Origin: a virus
Reading direction: 5' to 3' (one strand)
Length of the DNA: 64,000 nt
IMG/VR virus record: IMGVR_UViG_3300012003_000002
Coordinates: 1-64,000 of that record
The first letter of the stretch is position 1, and each line of letters opens with the position of its first letter. Shown here piece after piece: positions 40,501 through 49,336 of the stretch. Below the pieces are notes generated by a model, which worked only from the letters and a program-made list of their open reading frames with translations, did not search any database and was not told where the DNA came from. A program made the translations under genes and the position numbers.

Positions 40501-42061
40501 ATCCAGAATTTATTGCATCCACAGTAGGAAACTTAACCCCTGTTCCATCAATTGCTAATGAGTTTTGTTTGTTTACCGTGTTTTCTTTACTTGAAATATC
40601 CTGGTCTCCTGTATTACTTCCTGATAGAGTAGTAATCCCAAGTTTAGTCTTAATTGTAGATAAAGTTTCATCACCTGTATTAGTTCCAGTTGAATTACCT
40701 GAACCACTTGGTGCGCCTACTTGTGTAGCAGTATAATCCCCTGTTTGAGCAGTAACCGCTCCGTTTCTACCAAATACAGTTGTAACAGCACTTGTGGGTG
40801 TAAGTAGTTCTTGCCAATCAGTGAGTGTAGAATAAAGATTTCCTTTTAAAATAAACGATTTATTTAAGTCAGTTCGTACTGCTACATCACCTTTATCTGC
40901 CAAGGTTAATCCTAACATTTCAGCCTGAGAAGCTACTACATAAGTGTCTGAAATAGTGATACTAGGTAGTTGTGATGAAATTAATTTTCCATCTGCGCCA
41001 AGTCCAGCATAACCACTCGCTATGTTTTTATTAGCTGTATTTTCTGGAGTGAACCCTAAATCATTTTGTTTAGCATTCCATGTTGCCTTTTCAGCGTCAG
41101 TGACAAATCTATTACTAACATCTTGGGTAATAATACTTGGAGGATGATTAGTAGGGTGTGTATAGTTAGCGAGGGTTCCTAATCGTGTGATTTCAGTATC
41201 TAAGATTAAACTTTTACCTGCAACTTTATCTACTTTCAAATTCAGTCCAGAATTAACCGCATCTACCGTAGGGAACTTAACTCCTGTTCCGTCAACTGCT
41301 AATGAGTTTTGTTTATTTGAAGTGTTTTCTTTTCCTGATAAATCTTGGTCGCCTGTATTCGTTCCTGACTGATTAGAAAGCTTGGTGATTTCAAGAGCAT
41401 TAATAAGTCTTTCACCTGTAACTTTGTCTACCTTACCTGAAATGTCAACGTTTGAAACACCTGCTAATCTTGTAATCTCTGTATCTGAAATAAGGCTTTT
41501 ACCTGTTACTTTGTCAACTTTGCTCGCTAAATCAGTCACCAATCCTGTCACCTGACTTTCAGTAATATTTCCTGTAATAGTTGACGCAGTACCTTCAATA
41601 CTTAATGAAGTTGCTGTTCCAGTTAATCCTGTACCAGCGCCTATAAAATTTGAAGCAGAAATAGAACCTATTCTTGAAATATTTTCAGTTTTTGTATTTC
41701 CTGCGTCAGTTGTTGTTCTAGTTAAATAGAAATTAGATAATGATTGTATTGTTTTTGTTATATATGTTAATGTACTACTATTATAAACCCAAGTTGATGC
41801 ATCACTTCCTATATATAAATTATTAATATCTATTTTTAATAAATTATCATTTATTGTTGGAGGATTATTTAAATCAAATATTGTTGCTATTGTTGGTGTT
41901 AGTGCATTTACATAAACAATTTTAGAATAGTCAGTTGGTACTCCATTTTCTAAAACATCAATTCTAGTATCTAAATCTTGTGCATTTCCTATATAAGTGG
42001 ATTTATCTAGTTTTAATTCTAAAGATGATGTACTTACAAGGGTAGTTGTTATTTTTGCCAT
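37577..42061 (-). CDS. Long mosaic tail fibre / receptor-binding protein
   Basis: 1494 aa Thr/Ser/Gly-rich; SPSLSGTPTAPTA..TTQIATTAFV, SSQFLKADGS, KVDKVTGK repeats; visibly GC-richer. Confidence 0.85.
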   Translation of the reverse strand: MAKITTTLVSTSSLELKLDKSTYIGNAQDLDTRIDVLENGVPTDYSKIVYVNALTPTIATIFDLNNPPTINDNLLKIDINNLYIGSDASTWVYNSSTLTYITKTIQSLSNFYLTRTTTDAGNTKTENISRIGSISASNFIGAGTGLTGTATSLSIEGTASTITGNITESQVTGLVTDLASKVDKVTGKSLISDTEITRLAGVSNVDISGKVDKVTGERLINALEITKLSNQSGTNTGDQDLSGKENTSNKQNSLAVDGTGVKFPTVDAVNSGLNLKVDKVAGKSLILDTEITRLGTLANYTHPTNHPPSIITQDVSNRFVTDAEKATWNAKQNDLGFTPENTANKNIASGYAGLGADGKLISSQLPSITISDTYVVASQAEMLGLTLADKGDVAVRTDLNKSFILKGNLYSTLTDWQELLTPTSAVTTVFGRNGAVTAQTGDYTATQVGAPSGSGNSTGTNTGDETLSTIKTKLGITTLSGSNTGDQDISSKENTVNKQNSLAIDGTGVKFPTVDAINSGLALKVDKVTGKSLISDTEITRLAGVSNVDISGKVDKVTGKSLILDTEITRLATLANYTHPANHPPSIITQDVSNRFVTDAEKVIWNGKQSALGFTPENTANKNIASGYAGLGVDGKLIYSQLPSITISDTFVTVSQATMLALIAQTGDISVRTDLNKSFILKGTDPTLLSDWQELLTPTSAVTTVFGRNGGVVAQTNDYNADQIGETATRVFQTPAQRTNNDATSSIQTQLNGKQPTLVSNTNIKTVGGTTVLGTGDIALPTLSSLGAAPATGSANYIQNQNASTQSANMWVNGNGTFGDIKILRDVYQSIILDRSINVNSPTLFSMGITYDVPNNDFFRLGHQVAGVGQNDFTVSKTGAATFSSSVTATGAFITYADFTTLKGASNTIGGGSLINFGNGLSGASNRQTLFQLNASNGLDLWHFNGSSYVNTGFKLNSDGSLNGTTATFASSVTATSLIKSGGTSSQFLKADGSVDSTVYGTGSGTVTSVTGTNGVTVATGTTTPVIGLGAITPTSTNGVSAATMAYVDATSSIQTQLNGKQASGSYETAFTKNTAFNKNFGTIAGTVVEGGTLGSNAYNSTAYLPLTGGTLSGALNGTSATFSSSVTSASHVTTGGIASQFVKGDGSLDATVYAPLDSPSLSGTPTAPTATAGTNTTQIATTAFVLANPPSNAVLLTGNQSITGEKTFTGGIISGNSSTGIGISSSNTSIGTGFYSGNSSTGIGLYSANDSTGTGFFTYNTSSGKGVVINNTTAATGIPFTIQKNGVDKLTITDNGGIQAGAATFSSSVTATALIKSGGTSSQFLMADGSTSTAGTAPIQLKDFYPDSAANIGINETDLLTYTIGTNRLNAPGEKLVAIYGGIFNDATATSQLRVYYAGSVIADTGALTMSVTGAWIVNVSIIRTGATTARAMVNISTPGASTASYTNYTPLTGLTFSASAILKITGTANGATGGNGDINATYGNIIWQPAAL
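38122..39429 (-). repeat. Four dispersed DNA repeats encoding ATF(S/A)SSVT
   Basis: Identical 39-mers at 38122-38160 and 39391-39429; near-identical copies at 38678-38703 and 39135-39165. Confidence 0.9.
39905..41523 (-). repeat. Internal duplication of about 200-240 codons in the fibre
   Basis: KENT.NKQNSLA..NYTHP.NHPPSIITQD..TVFGRNG unit at about 40735-41370 and 39905-40620, plus duplicated KVDKVTGKSLISDTEITRLAGVSNVDISG. Confidence 0.85.
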
Positions 42062-42063
42062 TA

Positions 42064-42459
42064 TTAAATAATTACAGTTTCAATTATATATTCTACAGAT
42101 ACTTGACTACCCGCCTTCACTGTAAATGTTACAGAAGTTTGATTAAGAGTTGTTACTTCTATATTTTGAGTTGTACCTGCTGGAAATGTAAATGAATTAT
42201 ATATAATACTTCCACTTATAACAATTATGGTTATTGAGTGAAATGTATTTACTGGATATGTAACTATTTGATCTGTTATTGGAGAATATGAATTCGTAAC
42301 TAACGTATTATAATTTGGACCACCATTTTGACAAGTATTAACCGCAGATACTAATTCTACCAATCTTCTTAAATCAGAATTTTTTATTTTATTACAATCT
42401 TGAAAAGCGATTAACAGTTCGTTAATATTTTGGGAAATTGTATTACATTCTATTACCAT
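42064..42459 (-). CDS. Fibre-associated structural protein
   Basis: 131 aa, beta-rich C-terminus, in fibre cluster. Confidence 0.55.
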   Translation of the reverse strand: MVIECNTISQNINELLIAFQDCNKIKNSDLRRLVELVSAVNTCQNGGPNYNTLVTNSYSPITDQIVTYPVNTFHSITIIVISGSIIYNSFTFPAGTTQNIEVTTLNQTSVTFTVKAGSQVSVEYIIETVII

Positions 42460-42479
42460 ATTTTATATTTTTAATCTTC

Positions 42480-43328
42480 TTAAACAGAAGGTGTTGTTGT
42501 ATCATTATTATTTAATGTTCCTATATTATTACTTAAATTATAAGTAAGTGTTGCAACTCTTTCGCCTGAACTAGTTGATTTATCTCCAGTAGGAGCTAAT
42601 GTAATCATTTTACCAACAGAACTTATTTGAAAAGCATCTGTTGCTGTAGGATTGTCCCATAAGAAACCATTCTTAATTGGTGAACCGCCTTTCCATAAAG
42701 TAGCAGCTACATTTACAGGTGTTGTACCTACTGTATTATACCAAAAACATCTAGCATCAATTACTAAAATATTTTCTAAAGGATAAGTATTTTTAAATAA
42801 ATTTATATTAAATAAAACAGATTCGTACCCTGTTCCTGTATTATCACCACCCCAAGTTTCATACGGAGTTCCTGTGATAGGATATTGAGTTTGTCTTCCC
42901 CATCCTAAATATGTAGTTTGTGTATTTTGTCCTACATCTGGTGTAACGATTCTAGTTCTAGTATCTAAATCCATTCCAGTTGTAAATTCATAAGTTAACA
43001 TTATATAATCAGCATTAAATTGAAATGATGATTCACCTAAATTAAAATTAATTAATTTTTGACAACCTTCTTCAAAATCATCTTTTACTACAATAGTATA
43101 TGCAGTAGCAGCGGTTAATCCTATAATAGTAAATGGAGATGATAATACTTGATAAAATGTACCATTATTTATATTATATGATATATTTCCCTGATTACCA
43201 GAATAGGTTATTGTTGCTGTACCATCATCACCAGTTTGATTTGTTGGATTTGTAGTAGTAATTACTAATGGTCTAAGATTACAACTCCTATTATCTAATT
43301 TATATATGTTTTTTTTAAAAGCTCTCAT
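42480..43328 (-). CDS. Ig/FN3-like structural protein
   Basis: FTIIGLTAATAYTIVVKD FN3-like strand; DLDTRT...WGGDNTGTGYE. Confidence 0.55.
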   Translation of the reverse strand: MRAFKKNIYKLDNRSCNLRPLVITTTNPTNQTGDDGTATITYSGNQGNISYNINNGTFYQVLSSPFTIIGLTAATAYTIVVKDDFEEGCQKLINFNLGESSFQFNADYIMLTYEFTTGMDLDTRTRIVTPDVGQNTQTTYLGWGRQTQYPITGTPYETWGGDNTGTGYESVLFNINLFKNTYPLENILVIDARCFWYNTVGTTPVNVAATLWKGGSPIKNGFLWDNPTATDAFQISSVGKMITLAPTGDKSTSSGERVATLTYNLSNNIGTLNNNDTTTPSV

Positions 43329-43333
43329 TTATT

Positions 43334-44623
43334 TTAAATTTTAGTATTACCTAATAGATAATAAATATTTGTATTTAATTTCTTTTCAATGAAAGTTTGT
43401 TGACCATATCCTTTTATTTTATAACCGATAGAATTTATTAATGTTACACCTGATGTTAAATGAGTTACTATACCTGTACCTTCTTGAATAAATCCTACTG
43501 AAAAATTTGGAATATTCACTCCTGAATCAATTGTAATTGATACATCTACAGTACCATTATTTATAAAGATAATATAATTATAATCACTATTTGTTATTGT
43601 ATAATTTGTACCTGTAAAATCTGCAGGATAAGTTATAATTTTTTGTAAATTATCTCCTATTTGAATATTTCCAATACCAACTATAGATTCTCCATTAATT
43701 GTCTTGAGTATTGGAGATGTGATAATTGGGTTTAAAGGGTCTGTATTATCTATAATATTACCAGTAACAGATTGAACACTTATTGAATTTATTATATAAG
43801 GGGTATTAACATTACCATTTCCAGTAATATTAATACCAGTTCCTTGGTTTATATAAGTTGGAGGTGTATTAATAACAGCTTCAATTGTATAAGGACTTAA
43901 AACTGTTCCTGAACCTACTATTGTAACATTATTTCCAGCATTTAATTTAGTTTCTGAACCATCTGGTACTGAAGGAATTATACTTTGTACATATTCTTTT
44001 GTAGTTAATACTTTACCAGTAGTCTCATTATTTATAATTAATAATGACTGTGCTGGAGCTATAACTTCATTACCTACTGTTTTAACTATACCTAAATCTG
44101 TTAAATTTGCGTTAACAATATAAGGAGTTAGTGTTGTACCTGTACCAGTTATAGTAATATTAGTACCTTGATTTATTTTAGTCTCAGAACCATTAGCTAC
44201 AGTATCTGTACTATTTATAACATATGGGGAAGCTATTGTTCCAACTCCTGTTACTGTAGTATTTGTTCCTGCATTTATTTTAGTTTCTGAACCATTAGCT
44301 GGTGTTGTATTGGAATTTGATACTAAGAAAAAATTAAAAGATTTTCCAGAATAGTCAATACCATCTACTGCCGTATAAGTTGGATATACAAAGTTTGAAG
44401 TTAATAATCCTGTTTCAAGATCTACAACTTGTCTCCAAACATATTCAGTTTTTTCATCTTTACAATAAACTTTTAAACCTTCATAATATTTAAATGCTAG
44501 GTTATTACCTACTCCTAAATCTTTAAGAGTTAATTCATTTTGAATACCTGTTATAGAATCTAATCTAACCTGTTTAGGTACGTTAAAACCTTTAGGTATA
44601 TCTGCACTATATTGATTTGCCAT
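43334..44623 (-). CDS. Fibre protein with four GSETKINAG.N.T.TG.GT..SPY repeats
   Basis: Repeats visible in translation; LKTINGESIVG motif. Confidence 0.7.
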   Translation of the reverse strand: MANQYSADIPKGFNVPKQVRLDSITGIQNELTLKDLGVGNNLAFKYYEGLKVYCKDEKTEYVWRQVVDLETGLLTSNFVYPTYTAVDGIDYSGKSFNFFLVSNSNTTPANGSETKINAGTNTTVTGVGTIASPYVINSTDTVANGSETKINQGTNITITGTGTTLTPYIVNANLTDLGIVKTVGNEVIAPAQSLLIINNETTGKVLTTKEYVQSIIPSVPDGSETKLNAGNNVTIVGSGTVLSPYTIEAVINTPPTYINQGTGINITGNGNVNTPYIINSISVQSVTGNIIDNTDPLNPIITSPILKTINGESIVGIGNIQIGDNLQKIITYPADFTGTNYTITNSDYNYIIFINNGTVDVSITIDSGVNIPNFSVGFIQEGTGIVTHLTSGVTLINSIGYKIKGYGQQTFIEKKLNTNIYYLLGNTKI

Positions 44624-44627
44624 TTTA

Positions 44628-45290
44628 TTATATTATTTTTTTAAATTTGAAAAATATATCACTAGGTGTATAAAAATCTTTAGATATAAACAAAGTATTA
44701 TTTAAAGTAGATGAATAATTGGTATCAAATATGTCTGTAACATTATTATTTAATATATCTGTAATTATAAAATTTTTATTATCTGATTCTGTAGCATAAA
44801 AACAAATTCTACCTAAATAAGGATAATTTATAGTTTTACCTATATTTTCAAAATTAATATAACTATCAAATAATTTATTTGTAAAATAATTTGTAGTAGT
44901 TAATAATGGAATTATATCACTTATTGTAGTAAGATAAGATTGTTCTTGCCAATAATATATTTTATTTACTTTTGGTTGTATAGGAATATTATTAGCATCT
45001 GTTTTTTGAGATTGTATGAATTTATCCTTTTTAGTCATTTGATATATTTCTTGATAATTATTATTACAAATTACTTTAGAACTATGTAAAATAGTATTAT
45101 ATATTTTTAAAAGTTGTTTTATTTCTATATCACTTAATACTAAATGAGTTCCATATAAAAAATCATATACAATATCTAATAAATAAATATCATTTGGTAT
45201 TATTGTTTTACCAATTTTAGTTTTTTTATATTCTTTATTTAAAGAACTAATTATTGTAGCATTATGTGATTTTTCATTTATTTGTTGCAT
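44628..45290 (-). CDS. Tail hub / fibre-anchoring protein (putative)
   Basis: Synteny only. Confidence 0.4.
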   Translation of the reverse strand: MQQINEKSHNATIISSLNKEYKKTKIGKTIIPNDIYLLDIVYDFLYGTHLVLSDIEIKQLLKIYNTILHSSKVICNNNYQEIYQMTKKDKFIQSQKTDANNIPIQPKVNKIYYWQEQSYLTTISDIIPLLTTTNYFTNKLFDSYINFENIGKTINYPYLGRICFYATESDNKNFIITDILNNNVTDIFDTNYSSTLNNTLFISKDFYTPSDIFFKFKKII

Positions 45291-45297
45291 AATTTAA

Positions 45298-45879
45298 TTA
45301 TTGTTGTATAAATTTACTACAAGAACTACAAGTAACTGTTTCACAATTTTTACATTTAGATATGTTACAAAGTTTTTTAAGATTATTTAACATTTCAATT
45401 GCTTGTAAATAATATCCAATACTTAATGATTTTTCAATAGAATCTATTAATAAATTTACAGTAATTGTTAAATTATTTGAATAAACAGTTGTAGAATTAT
45501 AATCTATAGATTTTTCTGACTCTAATAAATAATTTAACATACACTTATAATAAGGTTGTAAATTATAAGTAATAGCTAAAGCAGGATCTTGACAATTTAC
45601 ACAACCATCTATACCTATATAATTACTTTGAATTTCTACAAACCAAATATCAGTAAAGGAATAAACACTTACTTCTTTAGCATCTATTATAAAAACTTCT
45701 TTATTATTAATTTGTTGTAATTTATAATTTAAATTAATACTTAAAGAATCATCTTTAAAAGTATCAATATTCCATAATTTAATTGAAGTTATTATACTTC
45801 CTGCAACAGTTTCTGCGTCAATTGCAAGTTGTTGTCCATCATTTAAAATTTCAAAGTTATTTACGATAACTGCTGCCAT
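45298..45879 (-). CDS. Tail hub protein (putative)
   Basis: Synteny after auxiliary capsid gene; Cys-rich C-terminus CNISKCKNC...CSSC. Confidence 0.5.
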   Translation of the reverse strand: MAAVIVNNFEILNDGQQLAIDAETVAGSIITSIKLWNIDTFKDDSLSINLNYKLQQINNKEVFIIDAKEVSVYSFTDIWFVEIQSNYIGIDGCVNCQDPALAITYNLQPYYKCMLNYLLESEKSIDYNSTTVYSNNLTITVNLLIDSIEKSLSIGYYLQAIEMLNNLKKLCNISKCKNCETVTCSSCSKFIQQ

Positions 45880-45890
45880 ATTTTTTATAT

Positions 45891-45936
45891 AAAAAAAGGC
45901 TGACTGTGTACAAATTAATGTTTACAATCAGCCTTT
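45891..45936 (-). terminator. Intrinsic terminator after auxiliary capsid gene
   Basis: AAAGGCTGATTGTA...ACAGTCAGCCTTTTTTT. Confidence 0.8.
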
Positions 45937-45959
45937 AAGGTTATTATTTATTTATTTTA

Positions 45960-46967
45960 TTATATTACTGCGAAATTAGCTGGTACTACAGCAAAAGTAT
46001 CTACTGCTGTTCTAATAGAAGTAAGAATTGCATTTGTAGCAGCATTGTTTGCTAATGTATCAGCAACTTTATCTACTGCAATAGTTAAAACTTTATATTG
46101 ACGTTCTACAGAAGTTTCTGTACGTGGCATATAATGTTTAATATGAATAAGATTATAAACACCTGATCCAGATGCATATGTTGGAGTTAAGTTTCCAAAA
46201 TTAGCTGGAAAACCATATTCTCTTGCTGGATCATATTTAAATCCTTTAAGAACATATTCTGCATTAGTAACCCATTTTCCAGTACCTGTTCCAGTATATG
46301 GTGCAGTTATTTGAGTAGTAGTTAAAACATTAAGGTTTGAACCATTATCTCCTGTTGGTACATTTTCAAAAACTTTACCTTTAATAGTAAATCGTAATTT
46401 ACGACCAGTATCACGTCCAACACGATTAGCTTGATATTTTTCAGTAACTAAAATTCCAGTACCATCTGCAACTGCAGTGAATTCTTTTCCACCACGATTA
46501 GATAGATTTTTATTTAAAGATACTAAAACACCATCTCTTACAGTTGTTGCTGTATCAGAACCTAGTACTTGACCTGTTACATAATATCCTTGAATAGTTG
46601 TAAAATTTTCAGGAGATAATTGATCTTCTAATCTAATTTCAACTTCATAAGTTCTTTTAGCTGCTACAACACCTGCTGTGTTGAAACCATCTACTTTATA
46701 AGAACCTAACACTTCAGCAGAATAAGCTGTAACTGTAACTTTATCTACATATTTAGGATCTACTTTATCAGAGAATTCAAATCCTCCAGGAATTCCATCT
46801 GCCTTTTGTAAAATATAAAAGGGTTTTTTTGCTGCAACATCACTACCATCTTTAGATAGTACTTTTAATTCTTTGTCTGATGCTGTTGCAATAAAAGTAG
46901 GTACAGTTGTTTCTATAGCTACTGCGTTTCCAATCATCATTTCACCCACTTGATTTGGTGTTATCAT
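45960..46967 (-). CDS. Auxiliary capsid protein (crAss001 gp36-like)
   Basis: 335 aa; NQV start, GTGKWVTNAEY..G...GFP..TYA...YNLIHI pattern; strong terminator follows. Confidence 0.68.
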   Translation of the reverse strand: MITPNQVGEMMIGNAVAIETTVPTFIATASDKELKVLSKDGSDVAAKKPFYILQKADGIPGGFEFSDKVDPKYVDKVTVTAYSAEVLGSYKVDGFNTAGVVAAKRTYEVEIRLEDQLSPENFTTIQGYYVTGQVLGSDTATTVRDGVLVSLNKNLSNRGGKEFTAVADGTGILVTEKYQANRVGRDTGRKLRFTIKGKVFENVPTGDNGSNLNVLTTTQITAPYTGTGTGKWVTNAEYVLKGFKYDPAREYGFPANFGNLTPTYASGSGVYNLIHIKHYMPRTETSVERQYKVLTIAVDKVADTLANNAATNAILTSIRTAVDTFAVVPANFAVI

Positions 46968-47001
46968 TCTGTTTTAATTTTTAATTAATAATAATTTTTG
47001 T

Positions 47002-47589
47002 TTATAAATATCTGAAATCAGATTTATTTGGATTTTGACCGTTTAACCACGCAATCAATGTGGATTTTTTAATATTATTTTGTTCAGCACAATTTGCTGC
47101 ATAATCCCAAATTTCTTTGGTTTTAGTATTAATTACTTTTTTAGCATTGGGATTATTTTCTCCTGTATTAAGTTTTGAACCATAAAAATAATTATCTTTA
47201 CCATATCTAATAGATTTTGGATTCTTTTTACCTTTCATAGGACTAATTCTACCAAGATTCTTACCTTTTAAAGCTATAGATAATTTATTTCTAGTTTCTT
47301 TTGAAGGTTTACATCCTGGTGAACCATCTCCACCATCTGTAAGATTAACTAAATTTCCTAACCCTAAATCACGTCTTCCATATAATTTAATTAATTGAAT
47401 TTCTGCTTCTTGTGCACTTTCCCAATTTAAATTATCTGATAATATTTCTATTATATAATCGTGTTTATTAACTTCATTTTTCCAAAAACTAGATCTTGTA
47501 CTTTTTATATATGGTCTTTTATTGTTTCCAATACCTATATAAAATATTTCTTTATCTGATTTTCTTTTATGTATATATAAACAATACAT
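47002..47589 (-). CDS. Free-standing GIY-YIG homing endonuclease with NUMOD3-like repeats
   Basis: CLYIH...FYIGIG..R, EIQLIKLYGR, LVNLTDGGDG, PSKETRNKLS, GENNPNAK. Confidence 0.85.
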   Translation of the reverse strand: MYCLYIHKRKSDKEIFYIGIGNNKRPYIKSTRSSFWKNEVNKHDYIIEILSDNLNWESAQEAEIQLIKLYGRRDLGLGNLVNLTDGGDGSPGCKPSKETRNKLSIALKGKNLGRISPMKGKKNPKSIRYGKDNYFYGSKLNTGENNPNAKKVINTKTKEIWDYAANCAEQNNIKKSTLIAWLNGQNPNKSDFRYL

Positions 47590-47591
47590 GT

Positions 47592-48341
47592 TTATTCATT
47601 TGTTTGACTCATCTGAGCCTTTACTTGTAAATTTTGAGGTCTATAGTCTACTAGTGCAAGCATTACTGCACGATCTAATATTTCTCTACAGATTTCTGTA
47701 TTTAATTCACAAGGTGTTTCTACATAAATTCCATCAATTGTTAAATTATCTGATGGAAAAGCAGTATTTAAATTTGTAATAATAATTGGTTTTGGATATT
47801 TAATATATCTAATTCTATACTCTAATGATCCTAAAACATTATATGGTGATATAATTTCAACAACTTTAACATTATTAATATTTGATAAATCTAATCTCCA
47901 AGCAATTTGTTTATTTGGTTTTTCAAAAGGATTATCATTTTGAATATTATATTCATCATAAGATATTGGTTTAATATTTTTTAAAAAAGTATTATTATAA
48001 CAATCTTCAGAAATTATTTTAGCTGTTTCATTAACAATTAAAAATAAATCATCAGGTACAGTATAAAACTTTGCTTCTGGTTCAATATTAAAAGAATTTA
48101 AAATAGTATTAGTTGTTTTATAATCTTTTACTAATTGATTTAAATCTCTACGTCTTTTTTCAGTAGCTTCAAAACCTTTTTGTTTACGATTACTTAAAGG
48201 ATCATAATAATTTTTAATAATCTCAAGTTGAGCTTTTGTTAAATAAACGCTTAATTCGTAATCGTCAATTCCTGGTGAGCTCATAGAGGCTATTGCATTA
48301 TATGCTAAATTGAACTCATTTTTGAACTCTAAATTGGTCAT
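47592..48341 (-). CDS. Tail ring protein
   Basis: EFKNEFNLAYN...PGIDDYELSVYLTKAQ, GFEATEKRRRDL, YIKYPKPII, EILDRAV. Confidence 0.78.
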   Translation of the reverse strand: MTNLEFKNEFNLAYNAIASMSSPGIDDYELSVYLTKAQLEIIKNYYDPLSNRKQKGFEATEKRRRDLNQLVKDYKTTNTILNSFNIEPEAKFYTVPDDLFLIVNETAKIISEDCYNNTFLKNIKPISYDEYNIQNDNPFEKPNKQIAWRLDLSNINNVKVVEIISPYNVLGSLEYRIRYIKYPKPIIITNLNTAFPSDNLTIDGIYVETPCELNTEICREILDRAVMLALVDYRPQNLQVKAQMSQTNE

Positions 48342-48343
48342 AA

Positions 48344-49201
48344 CTATTTAATTTTATTTATCTTAGCTTCAATCAACGATCTTACATCTTGATTTTTTAC
48401 ATTGTCTAAATAAGCAATTGCATTATCAAATGTTGCAATTTCTCCTGAATTACAGAGATCTAAACCATCTTCTGTTGAATATTTATTTGATTTTTTTACA
48501 ATTATACCTTTATCAAGTCCTGTATTAATTAACATTTTTGTATAAAGAGTTTTATCATTCATTACATTAACAAATTTAGCAGCTTCATTATCAATAAATT
48601 CTTCAACTTTATGTTGTAACCAATCTAATTTAGATTCTGGTGAAATAGGTTTATTTGTAAGTAATTTAAGAACACTAAGTAATTTATCCTTATCATCTTC
48701 AATTTTACCATACATTTTAAAAGCTTCTTTCTTAGAATCATATTTACCTTTATTTTCTAACATCTCTTCGTTTTCTCTACAGATTGCAAATTGATAAGTT
48801 TGTTTAGTATTACGACTTGCCCAAGAAGGAGCTATTTCATTTTTTAATGATTCTAAAATTTTTAAAGATATAAAATCCATTGGATTACTTGTATCTAATC
48901 TATTATTAGCATCTTCTTTATGTAATGCAATTCTAAATGTATTCCAAAAATCACCATATACAGATAAATTTAAACCTGTAACAGATTCTAAATATTCTTT
49001 TTCTTCATTACTTAAAACATTAGCAATTGATCCATTTCTCATAAGAGGTGTACAAAATTTACGAACTGCTTTTGATAATAGACCACCTGCTATTACGTGG
49101 TTTTTATCTACATTTGCAGCCATTCCTCTATTTCTATGAATATATCTAAGTGTAATAATTTCTTGTGGTAATGTAAAATTACCTTTTAATGTTTTTTCCA
49201 T
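48344..49201 (-). CDS. Conserved crAss protein downstream of MCP
   Basis: EEKEYLE, FW, LDTSNPMDFI, IAPS motifs; synteny. Confidence 0.65.
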   Translation of the reverse strand: MEKTLKGNFTLPQEIITLRYIHRNRGMAANVDKNHVIAGGLLSKAVRKFCTPLMRNGSIANVLSNEEKEYLESVTGLNLSVYGDFWNTFRIALHKEDANNRLDTSNPMDFISLKILESLKNEIAPSWASRNTKQTYQFAICRENEEMLENKGKYDSKKEAFKMYGKIEDDKDKLLSVLKLLTNKPISPESKLDWLQHKVEEFIDNEAAKFVNVMNDKTLYTKMLINTGLDKGIIVKKSNKYSTEDGLDLCNSGEIATFDNAIAYLDNVKNQDVRSLIEAKINKIK

Positions 49202-49246
49202 TCTTCTTTTTATTTGTCTTCTTCCGAAAGATTTTTAATTTATTAT

Positions 49247-49328
49247 AAAAATAGAAATGGGGAAATGACCCAGAGACAATACTCACCTATGATCCAATCC
49301 CACACGTCCTAAACGCAACCTCTATTTT
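49247..49328 (-). ncRNA. Structured element downstream of MCP (three-way junction or attenuator)
   Basis: Closing stem AAAATAGAGGT/ATTTCTATTTT whose G.U pairs fix the strand; hairpin TGCGT/ACGTG; G-rich inner stem; GC-rich island. Confidence 0.5.
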
Positions 49329-49336
49329 AATTTATT

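Noticed and set aside
38122-41523. CRISPR array, DGR or invertible shufflon
   Set aside because: Repeats are in-frame, direct and irregularly spaced; no reverse transcriptase, adenine-specific variation or recombinase in the window.
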